Positions 13,174-27,070 are shown, numbered from the whole stretch's first letter. The stretch: 63,665 nucleotides of DNA, filler included, from Reticulomyxa filosa (GCA_000512085.1; 26 parts of 26 records of this genome joined end to end with filler, not necessarily neighbours in it), one strand, 5' to 3'. The notes: generated from the letters alone by a model not told the origin. Translations and numbers: made by a program.

Positions 13174-13460
13174 TATATCGTACTCTTGGGACGTCGTGAT
13201 TGTGGAATGTCATGCTTGGTGAATCGATTTTTGTGTGATCAATATACAACAGAATATGATCTCAGTTATGGTAGTTCGTGTATGGTTAATATACGACACT
13301 GCAGAGACAGGTTTTGCTTTGCATTATAATATTTGGCTTTACAAATATCATTGTGCTATTATTTTATTCAATGCAAGCGATAGATATACCATATAAGGTG
13401 TTGTTAATACTTATTTGTCAGTTCTTCGTCGTCATAATGATATAACTATACTTTTTGTGT
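13174..13460 (+). pseudogene. Decayed Ras-superfamily small GTPase
   Basis: YIVLLGRRDCGMSCLVNRFLCDQYTTEYD (degenerate G1/G2), then after a frameshift YDTAE (G3) and CAIILFNASDRYT*. Contains an in-frame stop. Confidence 0.6.
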
Positions 13461-13703
13461 TTAAAAAATATATTGAAAATACAATTACTTTTTGCATCTT
13501 CTAAAAATAATATTAACGTCAAATTTTTATTTCAATATGCTGTTTACAATATATGGCTCAATTCATTTAATGAATAAATTTTCTATCTATATAATCTTCA
13601 AAAATGTTTAAAAAATGCATTTGTCAATGTATTTTCGGATTGATTTACTTTTTTTATTTGATTTTTGTAAATTTTAAAGGAAAATTACAGTTGTTCACTT
13701 ATA

Positions 13704-13907
13704 CAGTAGATTGCAAAAAAAACTGCCATACCTAAATGGCACTATATGAAAAGAATCGATTTTCTTCATGAAAAATAAAGATTTAAACATAATTTTTTTT
13801 TAAATATTTACTAATCTTGTAGTTTTTAAATATTAAATTGGTTTTATAATAAGTTTTTCCTATATTGATCAAAAATATGATTTTTTCAAATGATTTTTAA
13901 AAATTTC
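13704..13907 (+). mobile_element. End (TIR) of a Tc1/mariner-like element, family A
   Basis: TA|CAGTAGATTGCAAAAAAAACTGCCATACCTAAATGGCACTATATGAAAAGAATCGA. A near-identical copy starts at 61305 with a different flank. Confidence 0.7.
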
Positions 13908-14320
13908 NNNNNNNNNNNNNNNNNNNNNNNNNNNNNNNNNNNNNNNNNNNNTTAATTAATTAANNNNNNNNNNNNNNNNNNNNNNNNNNNNNNNNNNNNN
14001 NNNNNNNTAAATTATTTAGAAACAAAAATATTTAAATATACTTTTTATTATTACAACATAATACTTAAAATTTTATACTGTATTGAAATTGTTTTTCATA
14101 CAATATATCCAATTATTGTTATTGTTATTTTGAAATATTACATGAAATATATTTTTTATTATTTTCTTTTATTTAGCAAATATATATTTTGTCATTAGAA
14201 TAATATAATTTATTATATTTGATATTAATGATCAAAATCAACAAATATAGTATATAAATTTATAATTAATTTTAATTTTGTGCGTATACAATAAGCTGTA
14301 TTATATTAAGTGACATAATA

Positions 14321-15333
14321 CAGTATAATGCAAAGTAAAGTTGACACATAAAACGTCATCTTATAGAGATAATTGATTTTTTACATGAAAAAACAACTCA
14401 GACTTAATTTTTTTAAAATAATATCTACAAATTTTGTACTTTTTAAATATCTTTTTGAATTTAATTTTTTATTACATATTTCCTAATGTTTAAAAAAGTT
14501 GAATATTTTTTTTTTTTAGCTCCGTGTAGTTCGGTATTTGAGTTTTTTAATTTTTTTTTTTGAAAATTGCTAAATGATTGAGAATTTTAACAAAAAATAT
14601 TCTATTAAACTGTTGCATTATAACTGGAGTTGCTCAAAGTTGCAAAATATTTTCCTGTAAGTAATGAATGTTTGCGTAAATGGAAGCTGACGTTTAATCA
14701 TAAAAACATCAAAAATTAGTTGGTAACATAATCATGTAGCCTTGCTTTGGAATATTGAGACCTGGTTATGCATGTAATGTTACTTAATGTGTCAATGCAG
14801 ATATTTACAAAGAAGTTTTAGGTGATGAAATGCTCAAAAGTATTAATTGGTGTTCAGAAGATAATGAAGATTGGATATTTCAGCAAGATAATGTCATCTG
14901 CCACACAGCAATTACAGCAAAGCAGTTTGAACAAAATGCTATCAAAGTATTGAATTTCACTATAACTTCTCCAGATCTAAATCAAATCGAAAATCTATTG
15001 TTAATAGTGAAAATAAAAATATTAAAAACTAGAATGGAAAAAATTGACAAATAGATATACACAAATTTAACAAAGTCAATGTTATAGAGAATACAAGCAT
15101 TATACAATGTAAAAAATAATTTAATCAAATGTCAATTTTCATCAAAAACAATTAATAAAATATTCAATTAGGAAATATGTAATAAAAAATTAAATTCAAA
15201 AAGATATTTAAAAAGTACAAAATTTGTAGATATTATTTTAAAAAAATTAAGTCTGAGTTGTTTTTTCATGTAAAAAATCAATTATCTCTATAAGATGACG
15301 TTTTATGTGTCAACTTTACTTTGCATTATACTG
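14321..15333 (+). mobile_element. Internally deleted Tc1-like DNA transposon (1013 bp) with 167-bp TIRs and TA flanks
   Basis: 14321-14487 is the reverse complement of 15167-15333. Ends are TA|CAGT...ACTG|TA. Contains a transposase remnant. Confidence 0.9.
14760..15054 (+). pseudogene. Tc1 DD34E transposase catalytic-domain remnant
   Basis: WIFQQDNVICHTA...SPDLNQIENL matches the FQQDNAxxH / SPDLNPIENxW motifs. Confidence 0.85.
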
Positions 15334-16080
15334 TATTATGTCNNNNNNNNNNNNNNNNNNNNNNNNNNNNNNNNNNNNNNNNNNNNTTAATTAATTAANN
15401 NNNNNNNNNNNNNNNNNNNNNNNNNNNNNNNNNNNNNNNNNNTGTCTTTGGATTCACTGAAAATCGAAATTGATTTCCAATTCATACTTTTTGCTCATGA
15501 AATGGCACTGAAACTTAGGGCTTCTCGTATTGCTTGTGTTTTTATGTTTTTGTTACTCACATTTGCCAAATCTATCTTCACAAAGATATTCTTTTATCTT
15601 GGATCCATAAAAAATTCTGAGTCAATGGTTTTACTATTGTCATTCTTCCCTTTTTTCATAAAATCTGGTCTCCTCCTGAAAAAAATTCTTTACGACCCAA
15701 AAAAAAGACAGAAATACGGGCTATTGAACAAAAATGTACAATTTCACGATTTTGTTTGTGTAGAATTATGCAATTTTATCTTTTTTTCAGAATTGTAGCG
15801 CTCACTTTTGTTGATTAACACTCTTCCTTATTAGAAAAAGATTTTGCTGCTGAAAAAAAGTTAAATTATTTTTTAACGATTAAAACTTGAGCTTTTAATA
15901 AAGTACTAATAAGAACAAAAGTTGTGGTTTTTGTTAAAAAAAACTCGATTATTATTTTAAAAGTTCCATTTGAAGAAAAAAGATGGTTGGTGGTTGTTAT
16001 GTTCCTTTATCCCATAAAAAACGCAACGTTCCAAATTTTGATGAATTCAACGCAAAAAAACTGGTCAAGTGATTACATCG

Positions 16081-16310
16081 GCACCCATTGTAGTATTTAC
16101 AAAAATGCATCACCCATACTGCACGCATGTGAAAAGTGTATTACAAACACGCCTTCGAATTTTTTAATTGGACAAAGACTTGTCCTCATTCGAGGTATCT
16201 AATGTGCAGAACTATTTGAAGGATTGATAGGCCAACAAACTGTTCCACGAGTATTCATTGGCAAATCTTCCATCGGAGAATGTAATGGCATAACAAATCG
16301 ACAGTACTAA
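16081..16310 (+). pseudogene. Glutaredoxin pseudogene
   Basis: PIVVFTKMHHPYCTHVKSVL...F*LD...VQNYLK, frameshift, then IGQQTVPRVFIGKSSIGEC. CPYC has become HPYC, TVP is kept, and there is an internal TAA. Confidence 0.8.
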
Positions 16311-17409
16311 TTGACCAGTTGAGATGTTGTTGTTTTTTTTTGCAAAGGTAATCTATAAATGTGTCAAGTTTTTTTATTGGCATGTTTAAAAAAATAGAGC
16401 AAATAAAGACTTTAATGTGAAAAGTAAGAACGGTAGCTGGATAATCTTAGAAAACAAAAAACATTGACCAGATCAACATTGTGAGATTTGGTATCTTTTT
16501 GTCGTGAATGTTTTGGTCAGATAATTTGTTTTTTGGTAATTATGGTATATATTTTTAAGGATATTGCAATTTTGATTCCCACTGACTTTTGCTGCTTCTT
16601 ACTTTTATATCTGCAGCTTACAAAAATTAAAATGCTAAGCTGATAAGACACAATATATTCAGCCTGGCAATTAATCCAATTTTGTTTGAAATAATCCCTT
16701 TTCCAAAGTTACAATGAAAATCACAAACTTCGCTAACTTCATATTTATTTTGAATCAATGCAAACGTATTCACAAAAAACTCAGCTTTTTCAAATAAAAA
16801 AAGAAAATTAATCAATACTTTTGATTTTGAAAGCATTTTCTGAACATTTTTTTATTTTTAGCATGTGACGTCTTTCCATTTCAGAGTGCCCTGTAAGAGA
16901 GGGACAAACAAAGTTGAAAAGATTGAGTAAAGAATTTTGGAAGCATGAAATTCTCGTTACTGTTGGCAGCAATACACGTATTAGTTGTATTGATTGCAAA
17001 TGCATTCAAGCCAAGCAAAAACGTGACGAACGGACAAACGTACTCAAGTCACTACAACAATATTTGCACATTTGCAGCATTATTGAATATATTGATCAGC
17101 TGCTATATCAACTACGTGTGGACACAATGCATATCAAATTACAATTTGGCAATCTTATCATGTGTGCCAATTTTCAATAAGGGGTCGATTGTATCAGAAA
17201 ACGAAAGAATACGTTTTCCCCCTAGCACATTATTGATCATCGCAAAATTTTGCAATAATAATTCAAATACACAAATGGCTATGGATATATTCAAATCAAC
17301 TTCCGCTATATATCTTCAATTTTTTTCAAATTCATATTCAAAGCAATGTCATACAGGTAAACAAAGATCAAATGAAAAAAAAAACATGTCCATACAAAAA
17401 AAATATCAA

Positions 17410-18480
17410 TAATAAAAAAGAGTGTGTGAAGAATGTATTGAATATGTGATTGATTTGATTTCAAAAAAACAAAACTAGCAGCTGGCGAAGTTGAAGTGAT
17501 TACAAGAGCGCTGCCGTCAAATGGTGCACCAAAAATTAGAATTGATCATAGAATTGAAGCTGTCATGTGTTATCGACCATTCTATACACAGTGTGTTAAT
17601 TTTTTTTTATTCTTTTAAAAAACAGCAAACAAACAAAAATTATGTATATCAAACGATAGCGCAGGTGCGAGTATGCGAGCATTGGAAGTGTACGTGGCCA
17701 ACGACGATGACTTTACACATTGCTTGACTGGCTGCAATTGCTGGTACAACTGGTGATGAAAGTCCGTCGTCAGCGCCCAATTATTGGCCAATGCCTTTGA
17801 AATAATTGGCGCTATTTGCGCAAATGGGATGAGTGGAGCATAACGTATTTGACAAATAAGTCAATCGTGATGCCTATCATCTTTGTGCAAAGAAGCGCTC
17901 ATTCTACAAAGGCGTGCTCATCAATCACACTTTCAGTCAACGCAATATCTGCACTCACAAAACTATTTCAACACATTGCCACCACTACTCCAAGCATTGG
18001 CAATATCTTCCAATCATTGTCACTAATCCTCCAAGTATTATGCAAACGTCGACGATATCACATTGCATTGCAAAGTTAACTTTTTTTTAATGTTGTTGTG
18101 ATAATATCAAACTTTTTTTTACTTGTTATAGGAACACGTAGAACAATGAGCCAAATTGTTGTTGAATTGGAGTATTGTCAGGGAATAAATGGCACGATGT
18201 GATTGTATCATTGCAAGACTGGACGCCATATAAGGTAAATTTATTCTTGTTTTGTCAACATTAAGATATATATTGTGTATTTGTTAAAATAGAACACCCA
18301 ACTGTGATTTAAAAAAAAAAGATATGGGGTAGAAACCACTCACGTCTCCGAAAGGAGAATATCAGGCTTGTTTTGTTATCTATTTTTTTTTTTTGACATA
18401 TTTAAATATCTTGTGTTGTATTATAGGTTCCCCCGATGACAGAGATTGTTCCAGTATTGTTGCCCACCCATCTCCACAAA
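17410..18480 (+). pseudogene. Degraded multi-exon gene of unknown family
   Basis: GC-richer exon-like blocks between GT-AG introns, with multiple stops and frameshifts. Confidence 0.35.
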
Positions 18481-18608
18481 AAAAAAAAAAAAAAACTGAA
18501 AANNNNNNNNNNNNNNNNNNNNNNNNNNNNNNNNNNNNNNNNNNNNTTAATTAATTAANNNNNNNNNNNNNNNNNNNNNNNNNNNNNNNNNNNNNNNNNN
18601 NNTATATA

Positions 18609-18647
<39 letters not shown>

Positions 18648-18721
18648 AAAAGCAGGTGTGTACATTTGGATGTGGATTTGGGCCGGAAAGGAAGAAAAAG
18701 AAAGAGAGAAGAAAGGGACCT

Positions 18722-20110
18722 CATTGACAATCCAAGGGTGCTGTAAAGCTTCACTCGCCGATAATCTCTTTCGTGGTTCTTTTTGTAACAAAGAGAGGAT
18801 AAAGTGCTTGCAAGAGCGCGACAGCTTGATATTCTTTGGCCATGTGACACCTTTGGTGGTAATTTTCATTAGGATGTCGCGATTGTTGCATCCCCAAAAA
18901 GGCGGGCGACCGGTCAGCAATACGTATGCGATTACCCCAATTGCCCAAACATCCGATTTGTACAACTCCCATCCTGACCTGTGTCGCACACACTCAGGAG
19001 CGAGATAAAACGGTGTCCCAACTAGTTTTATTGACATTGGTAATCACAGATGTGAGTGTTAATAAATATATATAAACATATATATATGTATATATGTATG
19101 TATATGTATATATGTTTGTAGAAGAGAGAGAGAGAGAGAGGGTGAACACTATCGAAATGATGTGTACATCAAAACATATGTGTTGCAATGTATGTATTAA
19201 TGTGTGTCGCCATTTTGCAAACCAAAGTCTGAAAATATTTGTCCATCAGACTGCAGTTTGATCGCATCTCCAAAGTCTATCAAAACTAGGTTACCTTTTG
19301 GCTCGGAATATACTATATTTTCTTTTTTTTTTTAATTGTATTGTATTATATTTATTGCTGTTGTTAAATTGTGATCAGTCTATTTTCCTTTTTGCAACGA
19401 CAAAGCTACGCTACCTGGCTTCAAGTCTCTATGAACAATGCTTTTCGAATGGACATGCGCAATAGTCGACAGAATCACTTTCAGCACTTCTGCTGCTGAC
19501 TTCTCACTAAAATGTTTCAATTTTCTCACTTGATCTATGGACACATTACACATTTTTTTTCCTCCCCTCCCTCTTTGTCTTCTTCTTCCGACCCCCTTTT
19601 TTTTTTAACTCCTCCCTTTGTTCATTTGGGACACTAAAAAAAAAAAAAAAAAAAAAAAGTAAACAAAATAGTACTCCTCCGGTGCAAAGTGTTGTGCAAA
19701 TGTAGAAATGCTCCTTTGCGACATATGCCTCTGCGTAGCTGTTTTTTTTTTTGTTTTTTTTTATGTTTGGTTTGAGTGCATACAACAAGCCCCCGAAATA
19801 TGCCCGGACCTGAGTACGTTTGGGTGTCTTAGAGTCGTCAAAATCTCGATTTCTTGTCGAAACAAAGTGGGATTCCATACGTCATTTCGAATCAGTTCCT
19901 TCATTGCGTACTTTTCTCCAGTTTGCTTTTTTACTACTTTCAATACTCGACAAGACCCACCCCGGCCTAACTCTCTTTCCAATTCAAAATAATCGTCAAT
20001 CCCCTCGTTACTTTTCAGCACACGCACGTTTGGTAAGTTTTTGAATTCATCATCCTCTCCAGATTTGTTTTCTGGTCCTGGTTCTTATTCGCAGAAGGAA
20101 TGCAGCCCAT
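18722..20110 (-). CDS. CAMK/CDPK-like Ser/Thr kinase with MGC N-terminus (3' end truncated)
   Basis: ELGRGGSCRV, YAMK, IVHRDLKP|EN, IDFGDA, VGTPFYLAPE, SDVWAIGVIAYVLLTGRPPF, RLSASEALQHPW. One-base slip near 20085. Confidence 0.92.
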
Positions 20111-20592
20111 TGGTTTTTTACAAAATAATTTTTAATATATTTTTTTTTAAAACGTTTTCGAAACCGTTTCACACACCTTCCCTTTCAACCTTTTTTTTTT
20201 CGTCACGTGCTTTATGAGGAAAGCAAAAAACTCTCAAAAGTCTTATCTCTCGACCGATGATCAAGAACTATATCACAATCTTTTCGACATGTACCTGTTA
20301 TTGACTATTACTTAATTTCAGTTAAATACATTTTTACCTTGAACATGAAGCTTCTTTTTGATTGGATTGACAGTTAAAGAAATGAAAGAACAAATTTTTC
20401 GAAAACTTAATATAGATTTCTTTTTCTTCTAAGAACATCAACTACGATTTAAAAAGTCAAAACTAAGAATCGTGAGGAAATAGCATTTTGAAAATGTTTT
20501 TTTTTTCCGACATAATTTCTTGTATTTTTCAAATTCTGTATTTTCAAAGAAAAACCCAACTCACCTTTTCTCCTATTAGTAATACAAAAACG

Positions 20593-21595
20593 TCAATAGT
20601 ATCCAGACAGCGTCCTTGCAGTAAACGCTCCAAAGGTATCACTGGTTTCATTCCACCAGCGACCAGACAACGGTGGCACAGTTGGTGGCAAGAACCTATC
20701 AAATTGGATTTCAGGAATGGAAAGGCCTTCAGGAGCCCTCATGTGATGCAAATGGTTCGGTTGCATAAACAAAGCAAAGGAAGCACGTGAGGTTTTCGCA
20801 TAGCGTGCATCGATGGTGCCCTTCACAGCATGAGGAGTTGCCATGAGCGCACCACCAGACAAAATTTGTGATGTCTCCCCGATTTGGAACGCCAAATGTT
20901 CCGATGCTTCTTTTTCGCTGAGTTGGATATGATACGTGCGATTTGTACGTGTTTTCACGTATAACCCAGCAACAGGATCATCCATTTTCGATGGGTGATT
21001 TCCATTTTCATCAAAAAATCGTCCTGTGTTCAACACAACAAAAAATAAAATAAAAATGTATACATATATTTAAACGTATACATATACATATATATATATA
21101 TTTATAAATCTATTCAATTTGTACAACAAAATCAAAACAAGATTACTTTTTTTTTTTTTGTTGTCATACCTAAGACCAAGCCGGTCAAAGAGGAATGATC
21201 ATTGTGCCAACCACACCAATTATCTTCTCTTGAAGATCCTTGTGATGTGGACGAGCTTGTACCATGAGGTGTGTTACCGAGATTAAATTTCTTCATTTCG
21301 TCCGACGAAAAGTAGTACAATAATCGCCCCTTTGGCAAATTCGTGCCGACAACATCGACCAGTGTCCCTTTGACGTACTGCGGACGTACTGACGAAACCA
21401 ATTGATCCATTTGATATGCGATCAATTTCCCGATCTCATGGACCAACTGTCCTGTCTCCATAAACGCGCTTTGCAGCTGGGGCAATGAGTTTACGGGCCA
21501 CAAGTTCGGATGATAAAATGACGGGTACTGGCTGATCCATTCTCGGTTGCCATTGGTTGGATCATCTGTCAATGGATTTGCGTAGAAGCTGCCCT
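20593..21595 (-). CDS. 2-oxoglutarate/Fe(II) dioxygenase (IPNS/DIOX-like), C-terminal part
   Basis: PNLWP, GRLLYY, WCGWHNDHSSLTGL (HxD), FQIGETSQILSGG..ATPHAV, RASFALF (RxS). Confidence 0.9.
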
Positions 21596-21880
21596 ATGTT
21601 CAAAATTTGTTCCCATGAATGCAAAAAAAAAAAAAAAAAAACGGTGACTTACGCAAATGCGCAACAACAACAAAAANNNNNNNNNNNNNNNNNNNNNNNN
21701 NNNNNNNNNNNNNNNNNNNNTTAATTAATTAANNNNNNNNNNNNNNNNNNNNNNNNNNNNNNNNNNNNNNNNNNNNCCCCCCCCCTCTCTCATTTGTCGT
21801 AGAACATACACTCACGCATACTTAATACGATTGCAACACATATCTTAAAATCTAAATTTTATACAAAAAATAATAACAGG

Positions 21881-23675
21881 CCAAGTCACACAAGACAGTG
21901 AAAGTGTACACATGGGCAGAAATGATGAAATTTGGCGAGGACGAGAAACTGGAAGAGGAAATGGAAAAACGAATCCGAGCGATCAAACCCACGCAATGTT
22001 GCACACTGATCTACACGAGTGGCACCACAGGCCCACCCAAGGCTGTGATGTTGTCCCACGACAATTGCACCTGGAATTGTCGCAACTTGTTCGAATCGCT
22101 CAAAGACGTTGACTGGAGCAAACAAGACCACGCGTTCGTTTCGTATTTGCCGCTGTCTCATGTTGCCGCTCAAATCACCGATGTCCACGCTCCACTGGCA
22201 ATTATGGCACATTACGGTGGAAATGGCATGGTCACGTTTGCTCGACCTGACGCGCTGAAGGGTAGCTTGAGTCACACCTTAAAGGCAGCCAAGCCTACCA
22301 TTTTCTTTGGCGTTCCAAGAGTCTGGGAAAAAGTTAATATGTTTATAACATTCAATACATGAAAATATCTCTTTCTCTCTCTCTCTCTCTGAACAAATAA
22401 TATGCCTGTTGAATGACTTACATAGATGGAAGAAACTATTAAAGCAATTGGCAAAAACTCTACTGGCATCAAAAAAATGCTCGCTGATTGGGCCAAGTCG
22501 AAAGGCATGGAAGCACACGAAGCCTATCAAATTGGAGGCACGAAAAAGTATCCGGATGGCTACAATGTCGCAAAACGGGTGGTCTTTGATCTTATTAAAA
22601 GTCAATTGGGATTCGATCGCTTAGAAGTTTTGTTACTAGTGCTTTGTTCTTTTTCATTCCTTGGCACTGTACAAAAAGTTGAACTCAACTTTTATTTTGT
22701 TTGCTTGGGCTCGGAATGGGGGGGGGGGATGGGGACTGGTAGTTGGCGGTGAGTGGAGCAGCACCAATCAAGAGGTCGACAATTGAGTATTTTGGCTCTT
22801 TAGGCATAAATATAGTCGAAGTGTTTGGAATGAGTGAAACCACTGGATTGCACACGATTGGCTTGAACTTTTACAATCGAGTCGGGAGTGTAGGTCCAAC
22901 TGGAGTTGGCGCAGAAACGATTATTTTGAATGATCCCAGTCGTGATAAGAAAGGGGAAGGAGAAATATGTATGCGTGGGCGTAACGTGATGATGGGCTAC
23001 ATGTACGACCCTGACAAAACGAGAGAGACAATCGACAATGAAGGCTTGTTACACTCAGGAGATGTTGGCCGTAAAGATCATCAAGGCTTAGTGTACATAA
23101 CTGGTCGAATCAAAGAGTTAATCATTACCGCTGGAGGTGAAAATATTGCGCCTGTACCAATTGAAGATTATGTTAAAACAATATGTCCAGGTTGGTGTTC
23201 AATAAATTATGTTGTTTTTTTTTTTTAAGTCTATAAATGAGAGCTAAATATTCTCTTTTTTGTTGTTGTTGTTCGTTTTACAGCACTGTCTAACGTGATG
23301 ATTATCGGTGACAAACGTAAGTTTTTAACTGCTTTGGTGACCTTGAAAGTAAAACAAAATTTGGATACAATGGAATTTACCAATGAATTAACCGGCGTCG
23401 CGTTGGACGTGAGTTCGAATTCCAAGACAGTTGAAGACGCCAGAAAAGATCCTAAATGGACCAAATACATTGACGATGCATTCAAAAAATATAACAATGA
23501 TAAAGAGGCATGTGTATCCAATGCACAGAAAATTCAGTATTGGAGAATCCTTGATGGCGATTTTAGTGTACCCAAAGATGAAATGACCTCAACTCTCAAA
23601 CTCAAACGTTCTGTTATCCACAAAAATCACGAGAAAGCCATCGATTCTATGTATGAAGCTGCTGGTGACAATTAA
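21881..23675 (+). CDS. Long-chain fatty acyl-CoA synthetase, bubblegum (ACSBG) type, 5' truncated
   Basis: YTSGTTGPPKAVMLSHDN, SYLPLSHVAAQ, FGVPRVWEK, SGAAP, FGMSE, LHSGDVG, TGRIKELIITAGGENIAP, TSTLKLKR. Confidence 0.95.
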
Positions 23676-24120
23676 ATTATTTTGAGAGGAGGGAAAAAGA
23701 AATTAATCCAATAAAAAAAAATATAAAGAAATGTCTCGGATGTACTTGCAACTTTTCTTTTGGGGGTGGTTCTTTGGTGTTGAATGCAGACATGTTGATA
23801 CAAAAAAAAAAACCCGACACATTTTTTTTGGAACAAAAACCTAATTATTAACCACTTCACGTTACTCCCAATAACAAACAAAACCGACCCCTATTCAATT
23901 TTCTTTTGTTTCCTCTGCAAATTCGATATTAATCGTAATGTGAATATTGGCATCATAAATAGTACATGTTTAGCTACATATATTTGTTTTTCTTAAGCGG
24001 TGAGGACAAAGTGGTTTATTGAAGTGAATACTTCAATTGTCAAATATTGTACCATTTGCGAATGTCTTAGAAGAAAAAATATAAAACAAGAAAATTGAAA
24101 ATAGTGAATTGTACTTAGTG

Positions 24121-24600
24121 TTACAAGTGTCTTTTAAAGATGTAGTCAACAGCTTCTTTTACATTTTCACATTTAAGTGTAGGATTACCATCAAAAGCGT
24201 GAGTATCGTTGTAAACTCCTGTCTTGACCAAAATTGTGTTCCATCCAATGCTGTTACCTCCGGCAATATCACTGTAAACATTATCTCCTATCATATAACA
24301 ATTTTTAGCATCTACGTCTTCATATCCTAAATTCTTTGCTTCTTTCGTCATTGTCTGCCGCGCATACTTTGAGTACACATATACATGCACAATACATGCA
24401 CAATACAGACACATGCAAAGAAACTCAAAAGAAGACAGTAAATCAAGTAAACTTGCATCGTGAATTGAGTCGGTTTTCCAAACTGTGTAAATTGCAGTTG
24501 GTTTCCAGTCAGCCTTTCGTAAATAGTCCGAATGCAGTGAGTGTAAATACCTTGAGCAAATCTTGGATAAGTATAATCATTTGTCCATAGCAAATCCTAA
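24121..24600 (-). CDS. HAD-superfamily class IIA hydrolase (HDHD5/CECR5-like), C-terminal exons
   Basis: DLLWTNDYTYPRFAQG, FGKP, YMIGDNVYSDIAGG..GWNTILVKTGVY. Confidence 0.88.
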
Positions 24601-24969
24601 AAAATTTTTTTGTGGTCACAAAAAAAAAAAAAATGTACAAATATGTGTGTAAATAAATAAAAATTTTATTATTAAAGTAATCTTTTTTTTTTGTAAGCAT
24701 ATCGTAAAAAAAAAAAAAAAAACGGAGAGCATTGACTCAACAGGATTAGAAAAAAAAAATCGGTGGATGATGTGCCGATTCGTTTGGTTTTTTGCCATAG
24801 ATCCTTTAAATCATTTTTTTTTGAGTATGTGTGTGTGAATATAATNNNNNNNNNNNNNNNNNNNNNNNNNNNNNNNNNNNNNNNNNNNNTTAATTAATTA
24901 ANNNNNNNNNNNNNNNNNNNNNNNNNNNNNNNNNNNNNNNNNNNNTTTTTTTTTTTTTTTTGTATTTAG

Positions 24970-25228
24970 TGTCATTTGCCTCATAAGTTAAGTTTGTGTG
25001 ATTATTCACAATCTCAGGGAAATGGACGAAAAGCTGTTCAGCATTCAATTTGAAGATCAAAGGTTCTTATTAGAAGCCGATTCCTTTCATCATGCAGAAC
25101 TCTTTGTCAAAGACTTGAGAGAGTTTTTGAGTCAGCACAGCGAAAACATGACTAAAGAAGAGACTCCTCCTGCACCTGAGATGCCCATCACTGAAGATTT
25201 GTCTTTGTTTTTTGGTGGTGATATTTGA
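24970..25228 (+). CDS. Last exon of an unknown gene, PH-domain-like C-terminus
   Basis: KLFSIQFEDQRFLLEADSFHHAELFVKDL resembles the last strands and helix of a PH fold. Confidence 0.4.
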
Positions 25229-25388
25229 AACAGTAGCTCGTTTATGTTGCTTGTATCTTTTTTAATTAATTTGTCTTTCCACAAAACTTAAATGCTTTCA
25301 TCACCGCATTCTCTAAAAAATTATCAATTCATTTCGTTGGACAAGAAAAAAAAAATCTTTTAAATTTTAAGGAAATAATAATAAAAGC

Positions 25389-27070
25389 ATGAGCACACCT
25401 TCAAGCGAGCATTTAGTCCATTCGGAACATGAACTCAAAACAGCGTGTATAGCGTTTGGGACATTTTTTCAGCGTTGTCGCAACGTAAGTGGAAAAGACG
25501 TTGACATTTTGGCCTTATTTTAATTGTTTTTTTTTTTTTTGGTGTGTACATTGAATATAAATAGTCTTGGGTAAACAAAGGTATCGAATTGGCAAATTAC
25601 GACTTGACCAAATTTGAATCTGCTCATGAACTAGTGAAGACAGTAATGGCTTCGCGAGTTTATTACAAAAAAAACTGTTTTTATTTTTTTGTTAAGACAT
25701 GCATGATGGCTTACATTGAAAGAAATTGAAAACAAAAACAATGACGTAGAAATTGTATATTATGTTCGTTTGTATATACGTATTGGAAGATGGGTTGGGG
25801 ATTGGTGTGTGGGTCGGATGGGGGGGGGGGAAAAGTAGAGCACCACAAGTTGTGGATTTGTGAATGAGTCGCTGTCGTTTTGTCATCAAGCAGTTCAAGG
25901 TCTTTTGGCAGGAATCTATCGTTACGAAATTTGGAAGCATGATAACTTGCACAGTGCGACTACAAGTGTGGATATTGTCAGCACGAAATGGCAAATCAAG
26001 CCGTCGTTCAATCAATCAATTCTTTTAAGTCCGCCCGACGAAACTGCACCAGATTTGCCATTAAATATGACTTTGTTGCAAAGTCAAACATCGTTGGCCT
26101 CTGGTACTTTATTTTTTGTGTACTTTAATTTGATTGTTTAATTGTATTTTGTTTGTTTGCAATTGCATTTGGCATTGGATGTGAATGGATGAAAACGCTA
26201 AGCGGACGGCGTTGGCAAAACACCAGTGGGCGTGCAACACTCATCGTCGAAGAATGATGATGGACTGATGCTTTCATTTGAAAGTATGTACAAATCGAGA
26301 TTAATCGATTACATCAATGTCTGTTGGCACAACTATCACAATAATCAAGAAGAGTATATTGAAAATATTGTCAACGCGATCAAACGCGAAACGAAAGAAC
26401 TAATGCATACCAGTTGTATATTTAAATATTGGTTCGGTTGGTGTTTGAGTTTGGGAAGACACGTCCTTCAAGCCAGTTACCATTTTTGTTTGCTTTTTCT
26501 CTCTCAGGGACAAAGGGGGGGAGGGGTCTGTCTTGTCTGCTTCGCGTAGCTATTGAATATGGTCCTGTGCAGATCAAAGACTGCGATGAATGGCGTGCAT
26601 TTGTCGCTTTGATATGTCTGCAAGTGAATGAGGCGCAACGCAATAATTTGCAACGCATGTTTGAAGGACCCGCCTTTCGTTGTAACGACAAATGCAAGCC
26701 TTTGCAATACGATAGCAACGGGGATTTCTTCCAATACGAGTTCTTTCAAGGCTTACTTTCATTTCATGATATCAAAGAAGGGGAACATGTCGATTATGAT
26801 CAGGACCACAGTGATGCGAATGACAATGAAGAAGATGATTATGAAGAGGAAGATGAAGATGAAAATGAAAATGAAAATGAAGATGAGGCCGAGGATGAAA
26901 ACGAGGAAAAACATGATCAAAGCGAAGAGAACCAAGAAACTGGACACCAAGAAAGTAACCGAATTAATAATGAAAACTCAAAACAAGCTGTTGATAAGAA
27001 TCATCCTTCCTCCCTCTCCTCTCCCTTGGTCGTCGAAACCAAGAGCGATCAACTCAAAAACTCTTCTTAA
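25389..27070 (+). CDS. Hypothetical multi-exon protein with acidic C-terminal tail
   Basis: ATG at 25389, GT-AG introns, long ORFs 25860-26141 and 26429-27070, D/E-rich tail. Confidence 0.6.

Noticed and set aside
16945-17412. 155-aa ORF with a signal-peptide-like start
   Set aside because: Lies in a degraded region and has no recognisable motif.
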